The notes beneath the pieces are model-generated. The model searched no databases. It saw only the letters and a program-made list of their open reading frames with translations, and had not been told where the DNA came from. Of a stretch of DNA of 64,000 bases, positions 1-10,625 are shown one piece after another. Each line of letters opens with the position of its first letter. Positions within the stretch are counted from its first letter, which is position 1. The stretch comes from Eledone cirrhosa (lineage: Eukaryota). A program made the translations under genes and the position numbers. The stretch covers positions 353,338,001 to 353,402,000 of the forward strand of contig OZ024740.1 of assembly GCA_964016885.1 (NCBI GenBank), in the 5' to 3' direction.

Positions 1-138
1 TTAAAGCGTGTAGGAGAGGTATTTTAAGGCTTAAACTATTAAAACAACGGTTGTCTTTATGGTATCTCTATATCGCTGATTTCTATTTATCGCGGTCGGT
101 CCTGAAACGTATCCACCGTGATAAACGGGGTATTATTG
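1..138. mobile_element. Right end of a pogo/Tigger-like (Tc1/mariner) MITE, cut by the window start
   Basis: Ends CCGTGATAAACGGGGTATTATTG followed by TA, resembling Tigger-type TIRs; a similar left end TA|CAGTGATACCTCGC occurs at 18231. Confidence 0.5.
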
Positions 139-508
139 TATTTTCATTCTGTAAGGATTATAAATAATTTGTAATGCTATTTATACAACTGTGAATAAAC
201 TATAATGCAGCTTCTGTTAACTAATTGGTTCTTCGTGTTGATACTAAATAATTGTTTGTAGTATAGGCTTAAGTCCAACCTTTTTTTTCTTTTTTTTGCG
301 GCGGGTGGAGTGATTAAATCAATCCAGCATTTGGCTGGTACTTTATTCCGAAGAATGAAAGGTAAAATTGACTTTAGTGGGGTTTGAAACCAGAACGTAA
401 AGTCTGATGCTTTAATGATTCTGCCAATCCACCTCCCTAATTGACATGTTCATTCATATCCTATACTATTACTACTACACTGTCAATATCGTTTCATATA
501 GTGTCAAT

Positions 509-774
509 CAGGGGTCATAAACTCGAGGACTCAAAAGGGTCATTTTGTCCGGGGGATGAGGCACAGCGTGTCAAAAGGCAGATGCGGTGGGGGAGCTGGT
601 GGTTTCCACTAGTTATAATGCTTATTTGTAATACCGCTTATAAGCTGCAATTTTTTTCTATCAGAAGTGAATACGCATATGAGAGTAAGTGAGACTAGGG
701 GTCAAATTTTCCGTTTCAAATGTCCTGCCGCGGGAAGTATGCGGGCAGCATGCAGCCCATGTTTTTGACCTCTT
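509..774. mobile_element. hAT (Charlie-like) MITE
   Basis: Termini CAGGGGTCATAAAC ... GTTTTTGACCTCTT; degenerate 8-bp TSD GTGTCAAT/GTGTAGAT. Confidence 0.55.
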
Positions 775-1602
775 GTGTAGATTAAAAAAATACTGTTTTT
801 TAATTAAAAAAATTCCTTATCTATTTCTCTAAATACAAAAGTCTGTACACTGTCTTCGCAGTCCGTGATAAAAATGTTATGTTAATGTTGTTCTGGCGTT
901 GTATGCCTTTTGCTTGCTTGCACGTGATCAGAACTATTTAGAGTACCAGTCCGATAGAACAAGACAGTGTATATTATGTACCGCCTGGATAATGTTGGTG
1001 AACATGTAGTTATAACAGACGCCTGTTGTGGACTCCTATAATTATCGCATGTACAGCACTCATAAATGCCAAAAAAAAAAAAAAAAAACTTAAATCTGTC
1101 CGCCTCTACTGCATCACCAGTACCAACAGTCTTACTAAAATAGACTGTCACACCCAAGACCAGTGTTACCATTAAGCAAACTACGCAGTTACATGGTGCT
1201 CCTAACAGGCCCCATCAGCCCTGGCGTGAACTTTTATTAAGCTTATCTAAAGGATAAACAATTGATTTATTAACCAGTAGAAAATAATGTAATTTGGCTC
1301 CTATTTGTGCAGTTCTAATTCTAAATCTAATTTTGTGTTAAATACTATGCCATGATAATTGATAGTTAAAAGTCTTTAACTACTCATAAAATGTTAAAAA
1401 TAGCCATTACAAATGCTTCTGGGACTCAAAGAATATCAAATACTGGGTCATAGCACATGACTCAAAGATGTGTGCAGTTGTAAAATGTCCATAAAATACT
1501 CTCTGACTCCAACTTTTGGTCTACAAATGTTCCATCTTCCCTCCGCCTTTTCTACCGTTACTAGTGGTTTTTGCTTCCTTGGGTGGTTGGATTCGTGTCA
1601 CC

Positions 1603-1842
1603 TGTGGGGATGGTGTGGAGGAGGTGACCGGAAGCTGGGGACGATCGACCGGAGGCGGAAAAGGAAGTGACGTGAGATGCGTACCCAGGAGCTTCTGTGG
1701 GCCCTCTTTCGGCTGTGATCCTCGACGAACGGACGTGCGAATGCGAGCTGCAACAGGCGAACGGATTATACCCACGTGAATGAGGCTTGCTCGCTGAGTG
1801 AGCTAGCAGAATTGCGGTAAGTGCAGTAGCTTTCTCGTTACA
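1603..1842 (+). repeat. 5' LTR of copy 1
   Basis: TGTGGGGA...TTACA; direct repeat of 5332-5562. Confidence 0.93.
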
Positions 1843-1854
1843 AGCTATTTCGAC
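1843..1854 (+). promoter_or_regulatory. Putative non-canonical primer-binding site (complement of tRNA-Phe nt 1-12)
   Basis: AGCTATTTCGAC abuts the LTR end; 11/12 match to the reverse complement of GCCGAAATAGCT. Confidence 0.65.
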
Positions 1855-1966
1855 ATCTGAAGACTTACAATTAAAAAAAAAAAAAAAGGAAGAATTTTTT
1901 TAAAGACAAAGCTACTGGAAAACAGAGAGAATTATGTTGTTTGTTACTTACCGCAGGACTAAGGAG

Positions 1967-4900
1967 ATGGCGACGAGATTACGGATAAACGGAGAAGTAA
2001 TTAGAGCTTTTACCGGTGAAGGTGACGTTGTCGCCTGGATGCGAAAGGTTCGGCTGGTCGCTGAGCTACAAAAGATAGACAATGTAGCGGGCCTCATCGC
2101 ACTCTATCTCGAAGTGAGATGGACGCCCTCAGCCAGAGAGACGCGCAAAATATTGAGCGCCGTATGGTGGAAGCGTTCGCTGAAGGACCGCTTACCGCGT
2201 TTGCTAAGCTGGCAAGGATTTGGTGGAACGGTGAGCGTGTGGATATTTTTGCAGCGGAGATAGGCGATTGGCCATGCTGGCTGGGTTTCAGGTGGAATGC
2301 GAACATGCGGTGCGGTTGGCGTTCATAAACGGATTTCCGGATGACATCGCGGCGAAACTGCAGCAAATACCTGGCTACAAGGAAATGGAGATGCGTGCAC
2401 TGGTAGAGCAAGCCCGCATCATAGCAGAGGATGCCAAGAAGAGTGTTGCAGCAATAGCAGCGACGGAGGCCCGGAGCAGCCGGCAGCGAAATGGCGAAAG
2501 GGATACAAACACGGCGCGCAGTCGCCCGCAAACGTTTAGAGGTCGTTGTTTTAGGTGCCAGGGCGCGCACATGGCGAGAGACTAGAGAGTCAAGGCCAGA
2601 CATAATTTCCAACCGGTGTAAGCGGCCAGACCACATCGCTACCAGTTGCCACCAGGGAAATGGTCTAAGAGGGGCTACTGCGCCGGTAGCTACCCCTCGC
2701 AAGTAGAGGCGCTGTCCGTGGTGAAAGTCTTTGTGAGAGGAAAGCCATTACGAGCCCTCGTGGAAACGGGCTGTATGACGACACTAGTGACCACGGGGGT
2801 GGTGCAGAAGTGGAGAAGGAAGAGTAGCGTAAAGGCAGTCGACGATAGGAAAATTGAATGTTGACGTCGCAGCGTGGTGGAGATGGTGGTACGGAGAAAG
2901 AAAATAAGGCTTTCGGCCATTGTGGTCGACTGCCTGGTGGATGGAATCGGCGTAGTTATGGACATGGACGCGATTGGCCGTTTAGGAGGCGTCACAGTGA
3001 ACAATGACGGTGTGACTTTTGGCGGCGCCGCACCGGTATGCGCTGTGAGTATGCGACAGGAGAACGAGAAGGCTTACACAGTACAGGATAAAGACTTCAA
3101 GGAGACACTAGGAGCGAGTTTGAGCGAGAGGTAGAGAGATGGATCGAGGAGGACATACTGCTTCTCTGGAAAGAAGAGGTGAAGGGTGGGGTACTGCCGT
3201 TAATGGCGGTGGCGCAACCCATGCAGAACAAGGTGAAGCCGGTATTGGACTTTCGGGAGCTGAATGAGCATGTGTCGTGCCACACGGGTGGCGAGGTCAC
3301 GGATGTCTGCGGGGAAACCCTGCATGAGTGCAGACCTATGACGGCGGCTTCCACATCGTCGATTTAAAGTCGGCATATCTACAGCTACACGTGGAGAAGC
3401 TGTGGCAGTATCAGCTGGTCAGGTAAAGGGCCGGACATATTGCCTGACCAGGCTCAACTTCGGGCTGAACTCTGCACCGAAGATCATGGCGGCGGTCCTC
3501 AAGACCATTCTGGGAAAGGCCGACAAGATGAAGAGGGCCACCAATTCCTACATAAACGACATCCTAATGGACGAGACTGTAGTGTCGGCGGCGGAGGTCA
3601 CGAGCCATTTACAAGGGTACGGATTGACTGCGAAGCCGTCGGAGAAGCCGCGCTGGGACTTAGGTCCGAAGAGATAAGACGGGCACGTTAGTGTTTCGGA
3701 GGGGAAATGAAGTCCAGGATCTGGGCCCAAATATGAATAGACGGGAACTCTTCTCGGCGTGTGGAAAATTGGTGGATCACTACCCAATCGCTGGGTGGCT
3801 CCGGCCGGCATGCAGCTATGTCAAGAGACGAACGGACGGGGTGACAAAGTGGGAGAGAGGACGGTGGCCATGATGCAGGGGAATGTGAAGGCAGACGACC
3901 CGGTGCGAGGACGCTGGTATGTCCCCGAATCGCAGAGTGGGACCGTATGGTGTGATGCCAACAGCATAGCGTTAGGTGTCACGCTGGAGATAGGAGGTGC
4001 CGAGGTCGAGGATGCAGCTTGGCTCAGGAAGAAGGATGATTGCAACCACATTAATGTGGCCGAGCTGGACACTGTGTGGAGAGGGGTGAACCTCGCCTTG
4101 AGGTGGGGACTGCGCACCGTTGAGATTCGCACCAACTCGGCCACTATACTCTGATGGGTGACATCAGTGCTTACCGGTTAGAAGAGAGGGGCGACGGAAA
4201 TGCTGATAAAGCGCCGCCTGGGAACTCTAGGAGAGCTGGCCACCGAGTTCGACCTAAACTTGAGTGTGGTCTTCGTGCCCTCAGAGAAAAATAGAGCAGA
4301 CGTTCTAACCGGGGTGAATAAAGCCTGGATGGAAGCGCCGGAGGATGTAGAAGAGGGGATAGCTGCTGTGTGTCGGCTGAGCAAGTCGGAACTTAAAGGG
4401 TTGCATGACATGCACCACATGGGAGTGGATAGGACCCTGTTCCTAGGCAGGAGAATCGACTCCGACGTTAGCAGACACAGTCCCCAGAGAGTGGTCAGAG
4501 GCTGCGTCCGATGACAGTATATCGATCCCGCCCCGGGTGTGCACGAGACGGGAAGTCTCCCGGTGGATCGCAACTGGAAGCGATTGGCGGTGGACTACCG
4601 ACAGGGAACATACCTCTCGATGGTTGACTCTGGACTGGGACGGATGGCGATATGGAGGGAAATGAAGACGGGAACTGCGGAGGAAATCACACGGACGTTG
4701 AGAGAGATATTCTTGGAGCGGGGCCCTGTGGATGAACTGCTGATGGACAACAGCGCAACGTTCCGCCCGGAGGCACTGAGGGAGATGCTTGATGGGTGGA
4801 AGGTGGACCGCTTCTTCAGAGCAGCATAAAGGCCGAGTGGAAATGGAATCGTGGAGCGACACCACCGCACAATCAAAGCAATGGCGGAGCGGAGGCACAT

Positions 4901-5330
4901 CTCACCAATGGAGGCAGTGTTTTGGTACATGTCCCCTCAGGTGGGACAAGCTGAGGAATCGGTGCCACACAGAGCAATATACAGATACGAGTGGCGGCAC
5001 CCGTGCACTGTACCACAACGGCCAGTGGAGAGAGAGAACGCATTCGTACAGGTGGGCGAAGAAGTCTGGGTTAAGCCCCCAGACGCACGTTGCACATCTC
5101 AATGGGGAAGGGAACGGTAACGGCCGTAAATTCCCAGAATAACGTGTCCGTGGACGGAGTGCCACGTTATATTCTGGATGTCCGTAGAGTCGTTGTGTCG
5201 ACGGACTCCGAGGAAGAGGAAATCCAAAGCGCTGCCCCAACATTACGGAGATCGCCGACCGCCTGACTGGACGGCAGATTATCACATGCAGCAGTGTGAG
5301 GGGGAGATTGATCCTTGAGATCATGGGGGC
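1967..5330 (+). pseudogene. Disrupted gag-pol of LTR copy 1
   Basis: Zn knuckle CFRCQGAH, protease RALVETG, RT KVKPVLDFRELN/SYINDIL, RNase H WCDAN..HINVAEL, integrase LHDMHHMG..C and DN..ERHHRTIK, split over many frames. Confidence 0.9.
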
Positions 5331-5331
5331 G

Positions 5332-5562
5332 TCTGGGGATGGTGTGGTGGTGTGGAGGAGGTGACCGGAAGCTGGGGACGATCGACCGGAGGCGGAAGAG
5401 GAAGTGACGTGAGATGCGTACCCAGGAGCATCTGGCGGCCCGCGACGAACGGACGTGCGAATTCGAACTGCAACAGGGGAACGGAGTATACCCACGAGGA
5501 TGAGGCTAGCTCGCTGAGTGAGCTAGCAGAATTGCGGTAAGTGCAGTAGTTTTCTCATTACA
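5332..5562 (+). repeat. 3' LTR of copy 1
   Basis: Direct repeat of 1603-1842, preceded by purine tracts and followed by TSD TCACC. Confidence 0.93.
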
Positions 5563-6362
5563 TCACCTTTATTCAGGCACTTTCCACTAACTTGTCTCCT
5601 CACGTTTCCCATATAAACCTCACTCTCCCATGTATCAACCACTGTGCCTAGACCTTCCTACCCAGAACGTCGGTCCTGCAGAGTCCCTTCTGCGCACATT
5701 TTTTGCATGCAGCTGGTGACTTGCAACTGTTCAAAAGGTTCGTTGACCGCAACCATCTTACCTCTCACGAAGGGCATGAGAAAGCACAGCCATTCGTCGT
5801 GACCAAACTATCACAACTGACGCTGTACAGCATACCTTCAGTATTGAAGATTTGTTAGCAGCCGGTACATTAATCAGGGAAATAGTGATCCAAGGGACAG
5901 CATATGGGTATCTGATCCCTCCCCCCATCCTCAATAGCAATCTCTCATTCCCATTGAACTTTAAGAGGAGCTTCCCTCCTTTCGTGACCTGAAAGCAGCA
6001 TTGTTCCGCTTTATAACATTTCTCGCTATCATTATCAAAACAATTGCCGGTTCTACAGCAATGACAGAAATATACCAATGAAGAGATTTATGTCTGGTTG
6101 CTGAGATTGGAAAGGAATGGCATAATGGATAATGAAGACTCAAATATACAAAAAGACGGGATGACCACGACTGAAAAGCCTTTTACTATTGGTGTGGAGT
6201 TGCCGGAAGTTGTGAATCGCCTTATCGGAAGCGAAAATCGAGTGACGTTACATCAGGGTTCGGGGACTAGTCATTGGTTTTTTTACGTCAGGTCATGGCC
6301 CAGTGTGGACGTGTTTACAAAAGCGAGCGAGAGAGATTTTCTCATCCTCAGTCGGACGTAAG

Positions 6363-6499
6363 CAAACTTGCTAACCTCTAAAAACCCAAAAGGAGAATAG
6401 AATACCATGAAAACAAGTGCCCCAAAATGGGGAGATTTTACATAACGAAAGCTATACATCTCTTACCCATCCCAAAGTGGGGGAGAGTTGACAGGTCTG
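6363..6499. mobile_element. MITE with CAGACCTGCCAAC-type TIRs and 6-bp TSD (unclassified DNA transposon)
   Basis: Ends GTTGACAGGTCTG; TSD CGTAAG/CGCAAG; related copies at 43820 and 48257. Confidence 0.7.
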
Positions 6500-6554
6500 C
6501 GCAAGTCACGTGGACGGGGGCGTAATGTACAGTCGACGATTCGGTCAGGATTAA

Positions 6555-6573
6555 CCCTTTAGCATTCACATTA

Positions 6574-6649
<76 letters not shown>

Positions 6650-7778
6650 TAAACACAAATAACGAAACGAAATTAAATTTAGTTTCGTTTGTAACTCACT
6701 TTTGTATGACTGACGCTTAAACAATTAAGTTAGAAGTGTACATCCACATATGTATACTGAAATACTAGTATGCATATAAATACAGACACGTATACATATG
6801 TAGATCTACCGAGTTTTTCACTGGACACTTTACTGTGAGTGTTCAGCTAGTCTGTATGTAAACACACAGACAAACCGGTTTTTAGAGTCATACTGGTTTT
6901 CGAGGAAACACCTTTCCTCTATTCTCCAGAGGGCCAGACAGGAATATTGGACTAGTTTCGATGTTGTTACATCTCATCAGCAATATATACCCATCCTCCG
7001 GCCCCTCTAGAGAATCGTAAAAGCACATATCGTTATATGCTTTTTCTATGAAAATTAGTAGTGGGCATACGTGTGTGTATTTATATGCATACTAGTATTT
7101 CAGTATACATATGTGGATGTACACTTCTAACTTAATTGTTTAAGCGTCAGTCATATAAAAGTGAGTTACAAACGAAACGAAATTTAATTTCGTTTCGTTA
7201 TTTGTTTTTATCGCTTCCGCTGAACCGGTACGTACTCACGCTCTATGCAAATTAGTCTGCCCACTACTAATTTTCATAGAAAAAGCATATAACGATATGT
7301 GCTTTTACGATTCTCTAGAGGGGCCGGAGGATGGGTATATATTGCTGATGAGATGTAACAACATCGAAACTAGTCCAATATTCCTGTCTGGCCCTCTGGA
7401 GAATAGAGGAAAGGTGTTTCCTCGAAAACCAGTATGACTCTAAAAACCGGTTTGTCTGTGTGTTTACATACAGACTAGCTGAACACTCACAGTAAAGTGT
7501 CCAGTGAAAAACTCGGTACATCTACATATGTATACGTGTGTGTATTTATATGCATACTAGTATTTCAGTATACATATGTGGATGTACACTTCTAACTTAA
7601 TTATATGTATACTATTATATTTTCATGGTAAATGCTTTATCTCACATAATATCGAATCTATGAGATTTTGAAACTATTTATTTTGAGAACAATACCTTAA
7701 CATCAGTTTGAGTGACCAGTTACAGCCAGTTTCAACAGAAAAAGGTAGAGAATTCTGGCCGGTTTGAACTGTAAAGGG
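6555..7778. mobile_element. piggyBac-like MITE carrying a ~1 kb rearranged insert in its (TA)n tract
   Basis: TTAA|CCCTTTAG ... GTAAAGGG|TTAA; an uninterrupted 220-bp copy lies at 28171-28390. Confidence 0.8.
6651..7602. repeat. Compound inverted duplication (A-B-A'-X-B'-A' partial)
   Basis: 7068-7209 is the reverse complement of 6651-6792; 7258-7602 is the reverse complement of 6723-7067. Confidence 0.9.
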
Positions 7779-8469
7779 TTAAAGTGGAGACACAAGGTAG
7801 GTCCGATCGCTTTCAAACAACAATTGGCTTTCTCTATCAGGTCTTACACAACCATCACTAAAGCAACAATAATAATAATTAAAACCACAGGAGCAGCAAT
7901 AATTACGAAATGATTTCATGTAAATGTCACATTTATTTACAATGGAAAAGAATAGTCGAGTGGAATGAGATCAGTATGCAGCGAATTGCCCTACTTCTGA
8001 ATTTTCGGTTGTGAATTCATAACGTCGCGCCATGTTTTTTTTTCCCGTCGTCTTCGTGATTTCAGCAGTATTTGAAATTCTAAGTGAGCATATGAGATTA
8101 ATAGTTTCAAAATGAGACTTTATAACGTAAAAATGACAATAGCGATTTCAAAATGAAATTAACACCAAAGTATTTAACTATGGAATTCTGAGAGACGAAC
8201 AGAGAGCATGAAATAAATGCACAAAAATATTTATTTAATCGAAAGTATAACATAATAATATTGTAATGTCAACAATGTAAACACCTGGTTAATTATAAAT
8301 TTCTATGAGCCTAAGCCTTAAACTCAACACATGTTTGCAATATGATCCAGTTATTTATTTATTTATTTTGTCGGGGTAAGTACGTCAATGACACTGATCT
8401 ATTATGTATTTCTTTTCCACATCCACTTCATGCCTTCCGAAAGTGTTTTTAGTAACGTTTCTTAATAGG

Positions 8470-8745
8470 GTGTCATTCCAGGTAGAGTCATTACTTCTCC
8501 GAATCGAGAGATCACAACTACGATATTACAGACTATCTAAGGAAGGAATCGCTGGACTGATTTTACAAGCAAAGCCAACTGACAGGACACTCAGAAATAT
8601 ATCACGAGCAAAATGGTTGGAAAACATCCATGAGCTCGGTTGAGGATCCAACCGGGTTAATTTGGAAGGTTGCTTCTGATAGGACTCTCTGGAAGGCGTG
8701 TTGGATGACTGCCACCACGACCCTCCCAGGAATAAGTGGGCAAAG
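8470..8745 (+). mobile_element. Degenerate 3' fragment of an RTE-like LINE
   Basis: VESLLLRIERSQLRY...KPT..R..RAKWLENI resembles the RTE ORF C-terminus. Confidence 0.55.
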
Positions 8746-10232
8746 AAGATCCAGATGTACGAGGTGCTGCTTGTACAAAATACACGTTTAACTCTTAATG
8801 CATTGTGTCTAAAACATCCATCCGCGCAACAATTTTAGAGGCCACGCACCCCGTCAGAGAAAATGAGCTGTTACGAATGTGATTAAAATAAGATCTGGCT
8901 TTTCATTTTGCTGTGTTTTTAATATCATATTCTCCAGCTGATAAAATTTTCTCTGCTGCATTTTACCTACGTTAAGATACATTAGACATTTAAACCAAGC
9001 GAATTAAATCAAGTAAGTTTAGACACTGTTTAAGTGAGATGAGCTCACTGTGAAATTACTGTTCTCACTTTGGAGTGATATGTCGCTCTTTGAAGTACTC
9101 TCAGGTATCGAATAATCTCCCCCCCCCCCCCCCACCTTATTTATTTTTCAGACTTTTCCACCACCTCTACCCCCCTTCCAAATTATTAAATTTTGTTAAT
9201 CTACTCCCGGCGTAATTTTATTTTATACATTAAAAAACATTATCCCTGACAAAAAAAGTACATTACTAGAAATCCCATACGTTATAAAATATACAGGATG
9301 GTTTGGGTCCCAATATGTTAACTAAATGACTAATTTAGGTTTTTTAAAAATCAACGGACACAACCTAGAAAAATTACCGGCACTACCATGCTATTAGCTG
9401 TCAGAAGTGAAAGTTTCGTCAACCTTCTCAATCGTAAACATCGTTTATTTCCGTATTACCACGCGTTATTTTAATAAAGCATATCGATGTAAGTGGAGTT
9501 AATTAGAAAACAAGTCATGGTTATCAAATAAATTGGATTTAATCATATTTTCAGTCATGGTTATCAATTTCATGTATAGGGTTGGTGAACAAAATTTGAT
9601 AACCATATATTTGTTTTCTAATGTGGCCCTTTTAAGGGCCACCTATATTTTCATTTAAGTTAACTCCACTTTTGGTGAAAATTACTTGTTTTCTAATTGA
9701 TAACCATGACTATGAAAATATAGTTCATGGTATTAGCTGTCAGAAGTAACTCCACTGTTGGTGAAAATGACTTGTTTTCTACATTGATTAAATCCAATTT
9801 ATTTGATAACCATGACTTGTTTTCTAATTAACTTATCTGGGACCGAGAGTAATCTCTAGAATCGCTATTCTCATTTTGATCTGACATATGCTCGCTTAGA
9901 AATCGTTATTCTCATTTTCAAATTGTTATGTGCTTACTTAAAATTACGAAACTGTACTAGCCGACACAAATAGCAAAAGGCCGAAGCAGGACGCTGGAGA
10001 GATAAGTAGCTCGGCTATGGTCTGGTGATAACCTGAAACTGTTCACTACTTATTACTTTTTGCAATAACCTTGACGAGAATTGATATCAAATATAAAGGG
10101 ACGGGACTAAATACTGCAAGGCACTATAAATAGTTCATTACATTGGCAGTAGTCCATGAATTTAGTTAGGGTACATTACCAATAACGCATGTTTATTCAC
10201 AGTTGTATAAAAAGAAATATAATAATTGTTTC

Positions 10233-10486
10233 TGTGGGTATGGTGTGGTGTGCGGTGGCCGGAAGCTGGGGAGTGCTTGACCGGAAGGGTGCTTGACCGG
10301 AAGGGTGCTCGACCGGAAGGGCCAGCAGATCGGTCTCTCTCTAGTGGTGATCAGGAACGGTGTGGACGCGAGTTTGGCAGCTCCCGGGTGTTAATGAGTT
10401 AGACGCACGTGGAAGAGGAGAAACCAGCCATGGGATTTAGCAGCGCCTATGTAAAGCGGTAAGTGAGATAGCTTTTTCTAACCACA
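10233..10486 (+). repeat. 5' LTR of copy 2
   Basis: TGTGGGTA...ACCACA; contains tandem GTGCTTGACCGGAAGG units. Confidence 0.93.
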
Positions 10487-10498
10487 AGCTATTTCGGC
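10487..10498 (+). promoter_or_regulatory. Putative non-canonical primer-binding site (complement of tRNA-Phe nt 1-12)
   Basis: AGCTATTTCGGC, 12/12 reverse complement of GCCGAAATAGCT, directly after the LTR. Confidence 0.7.
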
Positions 10499-10625
10499 AC
10501 TGGAAACTGAGATCTGATTGAGAAAAAAATAAAAAAACTTTCTCGAAAACAAAGCTACTGGAAAAACAGAGAGGAGGCTGTTGTTTTTTTTATTTTTTAT
10601 TACGTATCGCTAGACAAATTAGGAT

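Larger units (their letters stand above)
1603..5562 (+). mobile_element. Ty3/Gypsy-type LTR retrotransposon, copy 1 (near full length, inactive)
   Basis: Paired LTRs 1603-1842 and 5332-5562; perfect 5-bp TSD TCACC (1598-1602, 5563-5567); order gag-PR-RT-RNaseH-IN. Confidence 0.95.

Noticed and set aside
5570-6360. Moderately GC-rich stretch with short ORFs (5758-6078, 6098-6361)
   Set aside because: No recognisable domain or exon chain; probably a decayed element that I cannot identify.
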